A stretch of 61,299 nt of DNA, filler included, from Sphacelaria rigidula (taxonomy: Eukaryota): assembly GCA_964200075.2 (NCBI GenBank). It is 6 parts of 6 records of this genome, joined end to end, with 100 filler letters (N's around TTAATTAATTAA, not from the genome) between each part and the next. Parts side by side here need not be neighbours in the genome. Positions count along the whole stretch, not along the records: positions 30,703 to 40,835 come from CAXNAA020007064.1; positions 40,936 to 51,067 come from CAXNAA020007065.1; 4 more parts are not named here. One strand, written 5' to 3'. Positions within the stretch are counted from its first letter, which is position 1. Each line of letters starts with the position of its first letter. The notes below the pieces were generated by a model. It was not told where the DNA came from. It searched no databases and saw only the letters and a program-made list of their open reading frames with translations. Shown here piece by piece: positions 37,900 through 51,167 of this stretch. A program made the translations under genes and the position numbers.

Positions 37900-39233
37900 G
37901 ATCTCCCCGAAATATATATGTGGAACCGCAAGAGAAGAGGAGGGGCCGACATTCCTGGTCGTATTTTCCAGCCGTATTTTTTCATGGTATTATTTTTTGA
38001 AACACGATGGGTAAAAACGAACCGTAAAAAACGGTCAGCAGAAGATGCCATCGTGGTAAGAGGGGGTGATCACAATCGGCACGGATAGCTGGCTCAACAG
38101 GCGTGCCAGTAAGGTGGAGAAAGCAGCACCAAGCAGGAGGAACGTCACCGCGCATATCGCAAGTGGCTGCGAGTGAAACCGTCGCTCTGACGATAAGTAC
38201 AAGACGAAGTTGGCACCGTGTTGTCACACATGCGATCCCGCCCTGTCCGTTCGACCTATTATAAGCAATACGGTTTGATATTTGTGTGTGAAGACTGCGC
38301 ACCATCCATAGCATTGACTCCGTGGACAAGGGCTCTGTCGGGGTCGTTTGTCACTCAATCTTTTTAGCGTCACGACTCCGCCGTGAATTGCACGCAGATG
38401 AGTGTGGGACCTCCATCAAGTGCGCTCGCCCTAGATGGCGCACGCAGAACTGTAAGGCCGCCTCCTTTGTCTGAATGACTGTCTGTACCTTCGGGGAAGC
38501 TACACAATACAATTGTAAGACTGTACATGGAAAACAACAGACTCTTTGGCATACACGCAGACTTGTACTTCCGCTAGAGCTCGGAAATGATTTGTCCACC
38601 CATCAACCACTTAAATGGAACATACTGGTTCGGTCATCGAGCGGCGCAGCCGCGAGCCAAAAAGCCCTCCCGGTAGAGGGGGGCCGCCGGAGGCGCCCCC
38701 GGAGGGTCCCGCCGTCCGGGAGGCACGTTTCAACACAAGTTGGCTTCACGAGAGCTAAAAATTACGTTCAATTTGGGCCAATTTTCAAGGGCTGTATGTA
38801 GCATACGTAGCCGGTAATGGCTTATAGAGCCGGTAACGGTAAATAATGGTTTGAAACCATTTTCCAAAATTTTTATATAGCCGTTATGATGATTACCATT
38901 ACAGTGGCCAGTTATAACTGGTTCCATTTCTGAGCTCCAACTTTTGCACATATAATCTAACGAGTTCAGATCATCAAATACTCCGCAAGACCTTGGCGAA
39001 GAGGAAGTGGAGCAATCACAGAAATTTCAACGTACAGACTCTCCAGCAGCATGCTCGAAGTGGGTACATGGAGAAGAATACCAGACTATCCACCCGTGGG
39101 GCTGCAAGACCATCACCTATCCCTGACGCCAAGTTGTGGCACTGTCTCCAGGGGGACGTTGCCCCTTTGCCACGTACGGCGGAAAGGGACCTTGCCAAAT
39201 CGCACTGTGCGCGCTAGAGGAGCTTAGCCCTCA

Positions 39234-39422
39234 GGGCGTGTCCTAGCACATTTTTTTTCGATCGAAAATGTGCGGTGGAGAAGGAAAACTCTGATCTGAT
39301 AGGTCGTTATTTCAACCATCGTCGTTTATCTTGAAGATGATTGAAATCACGACCAATGAGATCGGGATCTTAGTTTTCCACCACACTTTTTCGATCGAAA
39401 TATGATGTGCTAAGACACGGCC
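39234..39422. mobile_element. Tourist-like (PIF/Harbinger) MITE, 189 bp
   Basis: TIRs GGGCGTGTCCTAGCACAT / GGCCGTGTCTTAGCACAT; ~85-bp paired arms; flanks TCA/TTA (near TWA TSD). Confidence 0.75.
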
Positions 39423-40835
39423 TTAGACGACGAGAATTGATCATCTGTTGAATTGGCATCAAGTTCACTTGAAAACATCACGCATGATCCAGATGGACAA
39501 CGAGTACCCTCGCGGCCCCTTGGGGACTGGACTCCCGGAAACATGGGGTTTCGTAGTTGTTTTTGGTTGACCTACACATGTCAAGCGAGTTGGAGCGGGA
39601 ACGTTCAGCGCCAAGGTTAGTGTTCCTCATTCCAACGAAGGCATGCCGAGAACCCTCGGGCAAGGGGGGTGCAAAGCATTCCCTGGGCAAAGTGGGCGTT
39701 GCGAGACCTCAAACCGGGGCCGCAGGCGCCGATTTAGACGAGAACGCGTTTTGCGCACGGTAGGAGCACAACCCACATTGAAGATTCGGATTTCGGTGTC
39801 CGGACTGAAACCAAGTCGGAGAGTCTTACCTATTAACCCTTTTGGGACCAGACCGCCACTAAGACAGGGTTGACCTTATGTTAGTGGAATAGAAGAAAAA
39901 GTCTTCGAGCGACCTGCCCAATCACGGCCAGACGGAATTTGTCGATCAGGTCCGAATCCCCTTTTGAAAGGGGATTGCCCCAACAACGACCGGTTTTGCG
40001 TCTTATCGACGACCAGTGTTGTACAGATCGAAGCCCGGATCAAGATCTGCACACAGGTTCAGAAATGCGGAGGTTCTGGAGGTGGTCGTTAGTCTAATAG
40101 CTCGGTGATGCAACAGACGAGACGCAACAAGGCAACGCGACACCTACACACCCAGTCTCGAAAACACAAACGCACACACACACAACTCACGCGCATTAGT
40201 TCCAGCGGTAGCACTTGTTCATCTACACACGATAGTCTTTGTTTGACGAAAATATGTTTTGTATTGGACGAATGGCGTGTCAAATTGCAATCAAAAACGC
40301 GTCGTTGCTGAGCGTTTGTGTGCGTGCTCAGTGCGCGCGTCTCACAAATCATTGTTTCTCATTAAATTTTGAACAGATGTGAGCACGGTCACGCACAGCG
40401 TGCTCAGCTGATGAGCAGCTACGGCTCGAGCTGTGTGTTTTTGGTTTGCGGGGGAACCAAGTTCCTCAGGCTCAGCTCTGATTGTGTTGAGTTGTGTGGC
40501 AAGCCTTGGCATGTGCCCCTGTCAACGGGACATGCATGTTCCCCTTCGAGACGTCCGGAAATCCCCCTTTCAAAAGGGTATTTCAGGAAGCGTGCTTTGA
40601 CAACACTCTGAAATCCCCCTCCAATGGGAGATTATTGGGCATTTTTTGGGGGTGGTATCGCAGCGACAAATCAGCGGTCGTTTTCGAAAAGGGGGATTTT
40701 GAAAAACGGAAAATCCCCCCTTCGATGAGAAGGGCCTCAAGAAGTGTCCTATATCAGAGTATTTTTCATACGTCGGACGAGCCATCACTCGTCGAGACGA
40801 GTGCACTCGTTGATGTTTTTCGAAAACAAAACGAG

Positions 40836-40935
40836 NNNNNNNNNNNNNNNNNNNNNNNNNNNNNNNNNNNNNNNNNNNNTTAATTAATTAANNNNNNNNN
40901 NNNNNNNNNNNNNNNNNNNNNNNNNNNNNNNNNNN
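40836..40935. other. Artificial scaffold linker
   Basis: N44-TTAATTAATTAA-N44. Confidence 0.99.
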
Positions 40936-41015
40936 GTCTCGAAAGGGATGCGTGGTCAATGGTCAAACGACTAAGGCAAGCAACAAATGAGTACGCCCCC
41001 GCCCCCGCCCCCATA
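40936..41015 (-). repeat. Terminus of a repeat also found at the end of the last scaffold
   Basis: 40945-40994 is the reverse complement of 61250-61299 with one mismatch. Confidence 0.9.
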
Positions 41016-41364
41016 ATTGTGTTAGTTCAGTCAAATGTGAGAAGTCGACGCAGACGCCGTTCAGGGAAGGGGGGTTTGTCCTAGACCGAGCGTTTATGTG
41101 ATGGCTGTCGGTGGTCATTGCAGCATGGGGGTCAAACGCCATGAGATGAGAAGATTCGAAAAATTTGAAAATGGCAAGGTTCAGGCCGGGGGAATAAGCT
41201 GGTGTCGAGATCATTTCCTCTTCTGCTAGAGAGTCCGGTGTATTCTAAGATAATTATTTGGTGACTTCGTCCCCACCACTGTGAGTGAGTAGTCTTACGA
41301 ATGTTCTGTTCTTTTAACAGCTGACTAGTCTGCGTCATATCTATCTTTCGTGTTTCTCTTTTTA

Positions 41365-41617
41365 CAGGGCAGTATACGTTACACATTCACGTTCACGTTA
41401 CGTGACGTGTCACGTAAAAACGTTTTACGTTACGTTAACGTTACATTTTAAAATTTTAACGTTACGTTTACGTTACGTTCATCATGTGAAAAAAAATGAA
41501 CGTTACGTTTACTTATGTTCATCACGTAAAAAAACTAACATCCACGTTACGTTTCGGCCAAAACATAACGTGAACGTAACGTGTAACGCTATGGCACGTG
41601 TAACGTGTATGGCCCTG
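41365..41617. mobile_element. hAT-like MITE packed with ACGT/TAACGTTA motifs
   Basis: TIRs CAGGGCAGTATACGTTACAC / CAGGGCCATACACGTTACAC; no 8-bp TSD seen. Confidence 0.65.
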
Positions 41618-43449
41618 GAAATGTACGTCTCAGTTCGACAGTAACAAATATGAATCCATTGCTCATTATGATATGAATGATGATATTATTTTCCTTTTTG
41701 AAATTATCACGCTTGTCAACATTTTAATCCATTGTTGTTTCGTCCCCAAGTGAAAGAAAGGGCCATTCCCGACTTCGTCACCCTCATCCAGTGAAACTTA
41801 ATTAACAAGGATTGATGTTGAATCTCCAGCTTCACCAATCTTCGTGGTGTAGTGACATTTATACCTGAGTTGGTTGAAGATCTCGGCCTGTTGATTCATT
41901 GTGCTTTGCACGCGTGAGTTGGAACCCCGCCGGTGTCGCCAGATCCTTGTCTACTCCACAACTCACGGATCCTGGATAATCGCAGAGGGTGCGTACCTCT
42001 TTGCGGGAGACAAGACGTCGAGCTTCCACCTCGTATGATGGAGGTTAATGGAGGCTCCATTAGGACTGACCGAGTGGGTAGAGTACGCAAGGCACGAGTC
42101 CTGCCACCACCCAACTGACCGCTGGCTGACACTCAACCAATCAGCGTCACCCATGATGAGTGAGGATGGCGCATACTGTGCGGGGTAATAAGTGACACAC
42201 GACGGAACGTGGGCTCCCTGGTACTACCACGAGGGGATCCAACCACTTTACACGGAGCCCTCGTTCTCATACTCATACAAAGTCATGTGTGTGTGCTCGT
42301 GTATACATAAAGTGATTCGAAAACAAACGGCATATATTCAGCGTCTCGAAGTACCATCGTACCGGCCGCTCGTTCAGTTCCTGGATACCCACCTTCGAAG
42401 AGAGTTTCCTGGGGGAAAAGTTGAGTCTCAACCTCCAAGCAGTGCTTTTCCTTAAGCTGAAAGTCGTTATGCCGAATGATTGTTTTTGTCGAACTAATGT
42501 CCCCCGATCGCGTGGAAGCTATTTCAGTGCCTTTCAACGAGTTCGTAAGCCCACAGCGCTGAGAAAAGCGCCTTTGCTCATCGCTGTGGGCTTACATGGT
42601 TGTTAGAAGGCGCTGAAACAGTTTCAACGCAATCGAGGGGTATTAGGCCGATGAAAGAGACATCGGGCACAGTTACTCCTAGTGTATAGAAAGCACCATT
42701 TGGGGATTCAGAATCATTCTTTTGTCCAACCTCATTTGTCAGGAACTATGTGCCGTGTAGTCCTTTCTGCCGGTACTTGTGGCGGAGAGGATACTGTCGG
42801 TTTGGTCTCAGCAGTGGTACGTGTGCGTTGCGCTCCTGATGCAGATTTTGTTCTTTGATTGTGTTCCTTCGTCCCCTTCTCGACCAAATTCTACTGTTGT
42901 CATCGGTCATAATTTCAGCAGTCGAGCTTACCTCGTCTCCATCATCCAGACGTCGAACTTTGGTTCACCTCTAATGACACGTCAAGCCTTGCTCGTAGCA
43001 TCATGTGAGGACCACCTGTCCCCGCATTTGTATCATGTACGCCGCGCCCTGCTCGTCTAGCTTGTACAACTGAAACCAGCTGGGCCAGAAAATTGCTGCC
43101 AATTCTAATGCCGGCAGATAGGGCTTCGTTTTTTTCTGCGAAGTATAACTCCTACTACTTTGTACTGCTCCGCACCACAGTGGTGTGGGATTGAATGCCA
43201 TCGCGCTGGCATTACTGACTGCATATACGGTGATTAACACCCGTACATTTTCTGCTTCATGGCGATGATATCCCGAACACACCCTGCCCCCGCCGGAGGG
43301 GGCCGCTAATCCGACTAAACATCGCCACCGGCGAAAGCATTGCTGCCGTAGCTCTGAGAGCAGACAGCGGCGTGCGTGTAAGCACAAAGGTCGACTTGGT
43401 GGTGGTCGACGTACGCGGGGTCCGCTGAACCCCACGCAGGAACAACGTG

Positions 43450-46400
43450 GCATGAACCAGCGTAGGCAAAAGAGTGCGTGGAAACGGAGAATAGCTCTCA
43501 AACGCCGGGTCAAATACCAGTAGGAAAAGGACATGGAAAAACGGAGGAAGAGGGGAAGGGAGAGACCAGCCAGGCGAGCCGCCAGGGCTCAGGCTCGCGC
43601 CCGTCGCACCACCGCAAGGGCAAAGTCTCGATCCAAAGAGCTGGTGGTGGCTACTTGGAATGTACGCACCATAGCCGAGAGAGGTTCCAACGGCACACAC
43701 CACGCCGAGGACCTCCTGCTTTTTGCATCCTAATACAACTGTGACTTCGTCGCCCTCCAAACAATCCGGCGCGGTGGACGAACAACCTTCCACGCACTGG
43801 CAGCAGGGTACATCGTTCACTGCAGTGGCCACTGCCATGGAGACGGGGGTAAACCGGGAATGCTCGGAGTCAGCCTCGCCATCAAGGAGTCTATCGCAAG
43901 CACGCTGCGCCCAGAAGCCATCACCCCCGATAACGTGAGTGGTAGGATCCCCAAGGTACGAGTTGCCTTCAGCCATAGAGTCGCAACAACCTTCATCGTA
44001 GGGTGTGCTCCTACTGAGACAGCACAAGGTTGTAGAAAAACCAAGTTCTGGAAAACCATCAGTAGTTCCATCGCTGAAGTGCCCACCAACGAGCACCTGA
44101 TACTCATGATGGATGACAATGCTCGTACCGGAAAAAGAGAAGGAGGAGGCATGGATGACGCTCGGGTATTGGGAGAAAATGGCAGAGAGACCCGGAATGA
44201 TAATGGTGGCCGCCTACTGAAGTGTGCTGCGGAACACAAAATGGCCATCACCAATACACTTTTTCTCACACCAATGCGCGGGGAAAACTCGATCGTATAC
44301 ACATATGCGGGACCGAAGGCCGAACACCGCTGGCGCCTGGAATACATCCTAGTACGTGAGCAAAACCACAGACTCGTCCAAAATGTCACTGTGCACCCCG
44401 AGATCAAGTCGGACCATCGTTTGGTCTCAGCCACCATCCGTCTCCTCGGACGCAACGCTCCCAATCGCCAACCGAAAGCGAGAGACAGGGTTAGGGGAGT
44501 GCGTTTCGACCGCAACGCCCTCGCATCCGACCGGCGCTGGAGAGCGAGTGTCTCCCAGGCCGTTGTCGCTAAGCTCCCGAATATCACAAATCACCCCGCA
44601 GTAATGGACATCAACGATATGGCATATACCTTCGTCGACGCCCTGCGACGGACGGCCACGGATACACTCCCTCGATGCCCCCAGGAAACCCCATCTGAAG
44701 GTTTCAGTGAGTCAACTCAAGCTCAGGATTGTCTTCGAAAGGCGTGGGATCTCAGGGAAAGTGTATGGAAGAATCTGCGAGCAAACCCGAAAGACGCTGC
44801 CGTGAAGAAGCACTGAAGGTACCGGACAAAGCGTTCAAGTAGGTGAAGAACGCTGAGCTGCAGAACTTCGTTCACGAGTTTACAGTCCGGATCGCGGAGT
44901 TTGTTAGCGAGAAGAATCAAGCAGGACTGTACCAGCATATTAAGTCCTTGGAACTGGAAGGGAAGAAGCAGAGCGGCTTAACTTACATCAGGAGCGCGAC
45001 TGGTGAGCTGTTGCGGGACATGCGAGCTATCCTTCAACGGTGGAAGGAATGGTTCGCAACACCGCTGAACGCAACCTCACCTACGATCGACCACTCTGTC
45101 ATCGATCTCATCGGAGAGCTGCCGAAACACACACCACTCGCTGCGGAGCCCTCGATGGAAGAAGTGAAGGAAGCGGTGGGCAAACTAGCGAACGGCAAGG
45201 CCGCTGGGACGGACAACATATGTGGCGAACTGTTGAAGCTCGGCCGCACCGAAGATTCTGCCATCCTCAAGTGCCTCCACGATATCGTGCTGATCCTGTG
45301 GCGTCAGGAAGTTGTGCCGTAAGAGACCATCATCAAGGCACTCTTCAAGAAGCAGGACCCGTACGAATACGACAACTACCGCGGTATTTCTCTCGGGTCC
45401 CACGCGGGCAAGGTAGTGCTCAAGATGGTTGCGACTCGCCTCAGTGCCTACTGTGAGTGGAAGGGAATCGTCCCAGAAGCGCAATGCGGTCTTCAACCTG
45501 ACCGTTCCGCAGTCGACATGATGTTCGTTGTACTTAGACTCCGAGAACTGGCCCGAGAGAAGAATCATCCTCTGTACGTGTGCTTCATCGACCTCCAAAA
45601 AGCATACGACTTAGTAGACCGCTCTCTTCTCTGGAAGGTTCTAGTGCACTACGGTGTACCCACCAAGGTAATTTCCATCACTCGCCAATTCCATGACGGC
45701 ATGCGGGCATGCGTTCGCCTGGACACCGGCGAGACATCTGAGTGGTTTAACGTGAACCAGGGCCTCCGCCAAGATTGTGTACTTTCCCCCGGTCTGTTCA
45801 ACATCTTTTTCGCGGTGATGATGACGGTATCGTTTGACCACTTCTCGATCAATAAAGCGGTGGTCCAGGATTTCATCCGAATCGCTGCAAGGGGCGGGAA
45901 AACCAAGGACGAGCTCAGCGAAGTGCTCTGGGCAATGCTATACGCCGACGACGCTGGAATCCCCTCGTGGTCTCGAGAGAGCCTGGCGAAGATCATGACG
46001 ACCATCGTCGAGGTCTATGCGGCGTTCGGCCTCCTCGTCGCGGAAAAGAAGACGGTCACCATGCGCATGCGCTCCCCGAACATGGAGACGGATACGATCG
46101 AAGTGGAGGCAGCGGGTCAAAGCTACAAGCAAGTTGAGTCGTTCTTCTACCTTGGCGAAAAAATAAGCAGCATCGGTGATGTCACTCCCGAGGTCCACAG
46201 CCGCATTGGCCAGGCCTGGACGTGCTTCTACAAATACAGCAAAGCGGTGTACGACAACCCGTACATCGCCCTCGCCACCAAGGTTTGTCTCCTGAAACTG
46301 AAGTGATGGAGGTGATGCTGTACGGCTGCGTGACCTGGACGATCGCACACGACACTTTCGGCGCGTCACGGGAGGCCCATTGAGGATTCCTGCTAAGGTG

Positions 46401-46638
46401 CATCAATATGCGTACCTCAAGCCGCAGCGCCTGTGACTGCCACATGCTACCATACCACAAGATTCTCGAACGAACAAGCTGCGACTGTATTGAGGCCACG
46501 GTGATGAAGCGAACCCTCCTACACGCCCGCCGCGTTGTGCGCATGCATGATGAACGCCTCCTCAACATTGTCATGTGTGGAGTCATGGTTGGGGGGAAGA
46601 CGAAGGCAGGCCAACCAGCAAGGCGCCTACAGAACTGT
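43450..46638 (+). mobile_element. RTE-clade LINE, decayed APE endonuclease + reverse transcriptase (5' part)
   Basis: VATWNVRT, DDNAR and SDHRLV (APE); GKAAGTDNI, NYRGISL, FIDLQKAYD, GLRQDCVLSP, YADD and FFYLG (RT); several stops and frameshifts; 5' end uncertain. Confidence 0.95.
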
Positions 46639-48385
46639 TGAGGGTGCTAGTCGGGGCCAAAACATATAGGACATTTTTGCAAAGAATGTGAAGGATTTTC
46701 CTGTTGGAAAATCGCACAAGCCAATGAGACGAGAATGATCCGCCCAGTCGAATGGCAAATAAGCGAATGGGCCGCCCGGTCGGTCGGGAAAGAAGTGTAC
46801 AAGGCCATCTGCACCCATGACACGCACACCTCCCTGCTGTATTGTATCACCCGTTCGGTCTGTTCATCATTCATTTTTCATCAAAACTGTGACAATGCAA
46901 CACAGATGACCCACCCTGGGGGTCCCCGTCTGTGTGGGTCGGCAGAGCAGATCGAAAACGCAGTGTACAGGCCAGCAATGCAATGCTGTATATTACAGTA
47001 CGGTGTTGTCTTCTCGCTCCCACCCGTTGCGTTCGTTCCGTTTGTCGACGGGTATCACACATCAAGGATCAGATTACACGAAACCCTCCGACACCACCAT
47101 CCCTTCCTGCCTTCAGTTGCAAAAAAAGCCCTTTGGTTGCGGTAGGCATTCATTTTTTAAGTAAATAGTACGCCCGTACAAACACAACTGACCCATCATG
47201 AGGTGGCTGCTGTCTGTAAATAGACAAAGCCGAAGTGCACCGTACAGTACAGTACAATGTTATCTTCTCTGTGACCCCCGCCGCATTCCTCCCTTCGTCT
47301 GTGGGTATCGTCGAGTATCGGATTACTCCGCTGGAGAGCGTCACTCTTCCCTCCCGCTTCCGTGAAGGTGACGCTTGATCGCCAGGGTGGTGTCTTGTGT
47401 TCATTTTTCAAGTCAAAATATCTAGAGACAGTCTCCTCTTCCTTTCTACAATGATAACCGGCTCGAAAGTTGAACTCTCCGATCGCCTATAGGATAATCT
47501 GGGTTTTGCATTCATTTTTCAAGTGAAACGTATGCCGATACAATATATGCCCGACCCTGGGGTGAACGGACGGTGAGTGACACCTGTCCGTGTATTCACG
47601 AGATACAAGCTCAAGTCGCAGCAGACGGAGGGTGTAGAGGCGGTACGGCGAACATGGTGATACCAATACAATCAACACCATGGATGACGAGGAGAGCACG
47701 ATTCGGTCATCATGGTGTTGTCTATCCCAGTGCACGTCATGCTCTTAACCTTGGGTTCTTTGCGTGGCTCCGTACAGAAACGGCGGAGCTCTCCTCAACA
47801 GAAAATGTCTGAGTGTATCATGTTTGCACATGCGCACGCCCCGAACAAAAGTTATTCCGCGACCGATTGAGACCTTCCCCTCGACGTTTCCCCCGGAGAC
47901 CCTTTTGGCTGTGATTATTTTTCACTTGTATTTATTGGGGTACACCATCGAGGGGTCGGTTTTATCCGGGCGGTTCTCCACGCTTACGTGCACGATTCGA
48001 GCGCCGTTTGTTGCGTTGGGTGCTCACAACCCCAATGCAACGCACTGCAGCGGCCATTTCAGGGTACGTCCCGCGGTCAGACCACTAAGCTGGAAATTAT
48101 ATTCAAATTACATGTTTTTTTCAGGTTTAGGGTGTACGCCTTCAAAGCTGGAAGATGAGGCCGCGGCCATGGGCTGCGTGTGGATGGTCAGCGACAGGAT
48201 GTAGGGTGTGAACAGGGAGGGTGTTGCCTGCGCGCGCGATTAACCCGTCAAGAGATTGGATTGTAAAAGCAAGTGTATTTGGGCGGAGCATCCCAGGACA
48301 AGAAAGGAAAAGGGGAATTTTTGTCTGCGGTCGTTGTGTTTCCTTGAACAGCCCGTTCACTTTTGTTCCCCCGATTAGCACCCCT
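46639..48385. mobile_element. Non-autonomous TIR DNA transposon (hAT-like ends) inserted in the LINE
   Basis: TIRs AGGGTGCTAGTCGGGG / AGGGGTGCTAATCGGGG; AACTGT on both sides; removing it restores the LINE frame RRLQNC-ITDYC; no transposase ORF. Confidence 0.85.
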
Positions 48386-49033
48386 AACTGTATCACGGAC
48401 TACTGCTCGTACCTCGGGATGACTGCGACATCGTGGACGCAGGTTGCCCGAAATGTGTCCGAATGGTCCCGAGTTGTAGAGGAGGGGGCTCACATGTACA
48501 TGGCAACCTGGATAAAACCACGCCACGCTAAGGAACGTTTTGCTGTGCTACCACTAGAGCTCCCCGAGTGCCTACCGAGGACCCTCATAAAGTAACCACT
48601 AGTCCATCGGGAGGTACCCTCACTAGTACGTCTACGGTTTCTCCGAACAGCTGTGGAGGTGATCTATGAGTGTGCCTTAGGTTGTTCTTTGAGTTGCCCC
48701 CCGCCCGGTGGCCTTGCGAATTCCTTTGTGGCATGTCTTTGCTTTTATTTCCCTTTTCTGTCGGTGTGCTTTTCTTAGCAGATCTGAACGGTTTTTTTTC
48801 ACCCCGGTAAGCTCGGGGGAGCTACTTATCATGTTTTTCTCGGCGTCTCCCTTCTTATTTTCATTTCGGTAGGATTTGAGTTGATACCGTTTGTTCGTGG
48901 AATTAGGCTGGAGTCTCTGAAAACATGAGGGAGGACTTAATGTCTCGTAAGGAATATGGTAGTCAGCATCAGAAGCTTTCAGACTTCGTAGTTCTATTTT
49001 TTAGTTTTTCTGGAGGACTATTTTCACTACTAC
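48386..49033 (+). mobile_element. RTE LINE 3' end (C-terminus, 3' UTR, short CTA-repeat tail)
   Basis: CITDYCSYLGMTATSWTQVARNVSEWSRVVEEGA fits the RTE W...A.....W C-terminal pattern; T-rich UTR ending CTACTACT. Confidence 0.8.
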
Positions 49034-49520
49034 TTGAAAGCGCTAGCGCCGGTAGATTTAGGGAGAAAGCGTAGGCCGCGCTCAAACTGCAGTGCTCAAG
49101 TTGGTGTTTTTGGGGTGATACGGGCTCGATACCCCGTTCAGGAGAGTGTTATTGACCTTTTTTGGTCCATTATAAGCAGTTTTCCCGCTCTTCAGCGACG
49201 AAACGGTAGATATTCAGATACATGAAAACGTATGAAATTCTTCACAACAACGATCGAGATCGTGTTTCCTTCCTACACTGCACAGACCTCTGTGTAGCAT
49301 TTTCTGCGGATGGCCTGTTTTTGTTTTTTTCTCGCATAACATTTTACATGAGAACTCGAAAGTGCTAGCGTCGATAGTTTTGGCAAAATAAGCAAACCGT
49401 GCTTAAATCACAATCGCCCAAGTCGGTATCGTGGGGGCGGTACCGGGTAAAGACCCCGTTCATCAGGAGGGTGTTGGTGACCGTGAATGGTCCAAGAAAC
49501 ATAGTTTTCCTGCTTTAGCG
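49034..49520. repeat. Degenerate direct repeat, ~165 bp x2, period ~322
   Basis: GAAAG(C/T)GCTAGCG...ACCCCGTTCA...GGTCCA...AGTTTTCC at 49036 and 49358. Confidence 0.7.
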
Positions 49521-50544
49521 CAGTGACTAGGTGGAATTAAACAAAAGCAATCCTTTTTGAGTCTTCATTTATATTATCCGGATCGACTCGGTCCACCGAA
49601 AATACCGAAAAGGTAGAGCCTGGGGTCGTATTTTCGCAGGACCCCCAAAGATCAGTCAAGCCCGTGAGTCACTCGTTATCGATCGCAGATATATTTTCTT
49701 CCAATATTTGTCAAGAGGTATGAAATATCTCCGGATGCCCATTTTTTCATTTTTCGGCATCCAACAGTCACTGCGATGAGTGGTGGCCAGCAGAACAAAT
49801 TTGGACAATCTTTGAGAAACTAGGAAATTACGGATTCTGCATACTTCTGACGCTGACTACTGTAGTGCTCGCAATTCAGATTCTATTGAGACCAGCAATA
49901 GACATTGCTGGGCGCAATTTGAATCCTACTGAGACAAGAAACATGTATTGGTGGCCGCAGTGCAGATCCTACTGTGATTAGCAATAGACGTTGATGGTCG
50001 CAAGTCAGAGCCTTTTGTAACAGAAAAGCTGTACTGAGAGACAACTTGGCCACCCCATTTCCACGGCAATGACACGTTCCATCGCTAGTCCCGAAACTAT
50101 TTTTACCTACAATAGCTATCGATAGACAGTGATGCCAGTCGATTACGGCTGACAATGACCATTGACAGTCAAATTTTCGGGGCTATTGCAACGGCAGTGA
50201 TCTATTACATATTATATTGTCGAGGGTATACGCACATCGCACCCACAGACAAAATTACTCGAGCGCTTTTGTCCATCAGAGGAAGAAACGTGAGTATCAA
50301 TACCACACCGGCAAAACTCGTAAGATTTTGTCCACACCTATCGAGGATTCCCACAACGTACAACGGCTCCGAATTTGCAAATTCGTGACGTCATATTCCC
50401 ACCCCATATTCACCCGCGGCCTCTCTATCGTACGTCAAAAGAATATAACGTGCTATATACATGGTATATGGCAATGTAGGTGTAGCAGTAGACGACCGAG
50501 ATATCCACCGATAGGCATGAAATACCGCAGTTGATTCCGCTATG

Positions 50545-50940
50545 TATCTATCGATAGCCATTGCCGCTATCAACAGGTTTTGTACGCAATTTATCAATAA
50601 CCATTACCGCCATCAATAGATTCGATACACAAAATATCACTAGCCATCACCATCAATAGATTTGATGCACAGTCTGTCGATAGCCACTGCCGCCATCAAT
50701 AGATTTTGACAGCTATGGGTCGATTTATTCGGCCGGCAGCACCAGTTTTCGGTGTAGGGCCATCGTAGACTGTTACCTGAGTAATAGTGCGGGACAGGGG
50801 TCTATCGATAAACTCTGCCGACGACAATTGGCGAAGAAACTTGTCGATCGACGGCCATTACCGACGACAATATTGACATCTACTGCGGCAGATTATATTG
50901 CTATTGCTATTTCGATAGACGCCGTCTATTGTCCAGGGTG
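50545..50940. repeat. Degenerate ~44-bp tandem array (ATCGATAGCCATTGCCGCCATCAATAGATT), likely a TE subterminal region
   Basis: At least four recognisable units in 50550-50710; related motifs continue to 50930. Confidence 0.7.
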
Positions 50941-51067
50941 TGGTACCTGTATGAACCTTACCTTAAAACAAAGAAAACAGTATGTCCTTGGTTTTGATGC
51001 CTGAAGCCAACCTGACTTTCGGAGTTATAAAATCAGATCAGAAGCATAGTACGATAGGGGCGGGGAG

Positions 51068-51167
51068 NNNNNNNNNNNNNNNNNNNNNNNNNNNNNNNNN
51101 NNNNNNNNNNNTTAATTAATTAANNNNNNNNNNNNNNNNNNNNNNNNNNNNNNNNNNNNNNNNNNNN
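51068..51167. other. Artificial scaffold linker
   Basis: N44-TTAATTAATTAA-N44. Confidence 0.99.

Noticed and set aside
43140-43450. HDV-like ribozyme in the RTE LINE leader (also 17260-17345)
   Set aside because: Hairpins are present, but I could not fit the P1-P2-P3-P1.1 nested pseudoknot by eye; an RNArobo/Infernal search would be needed
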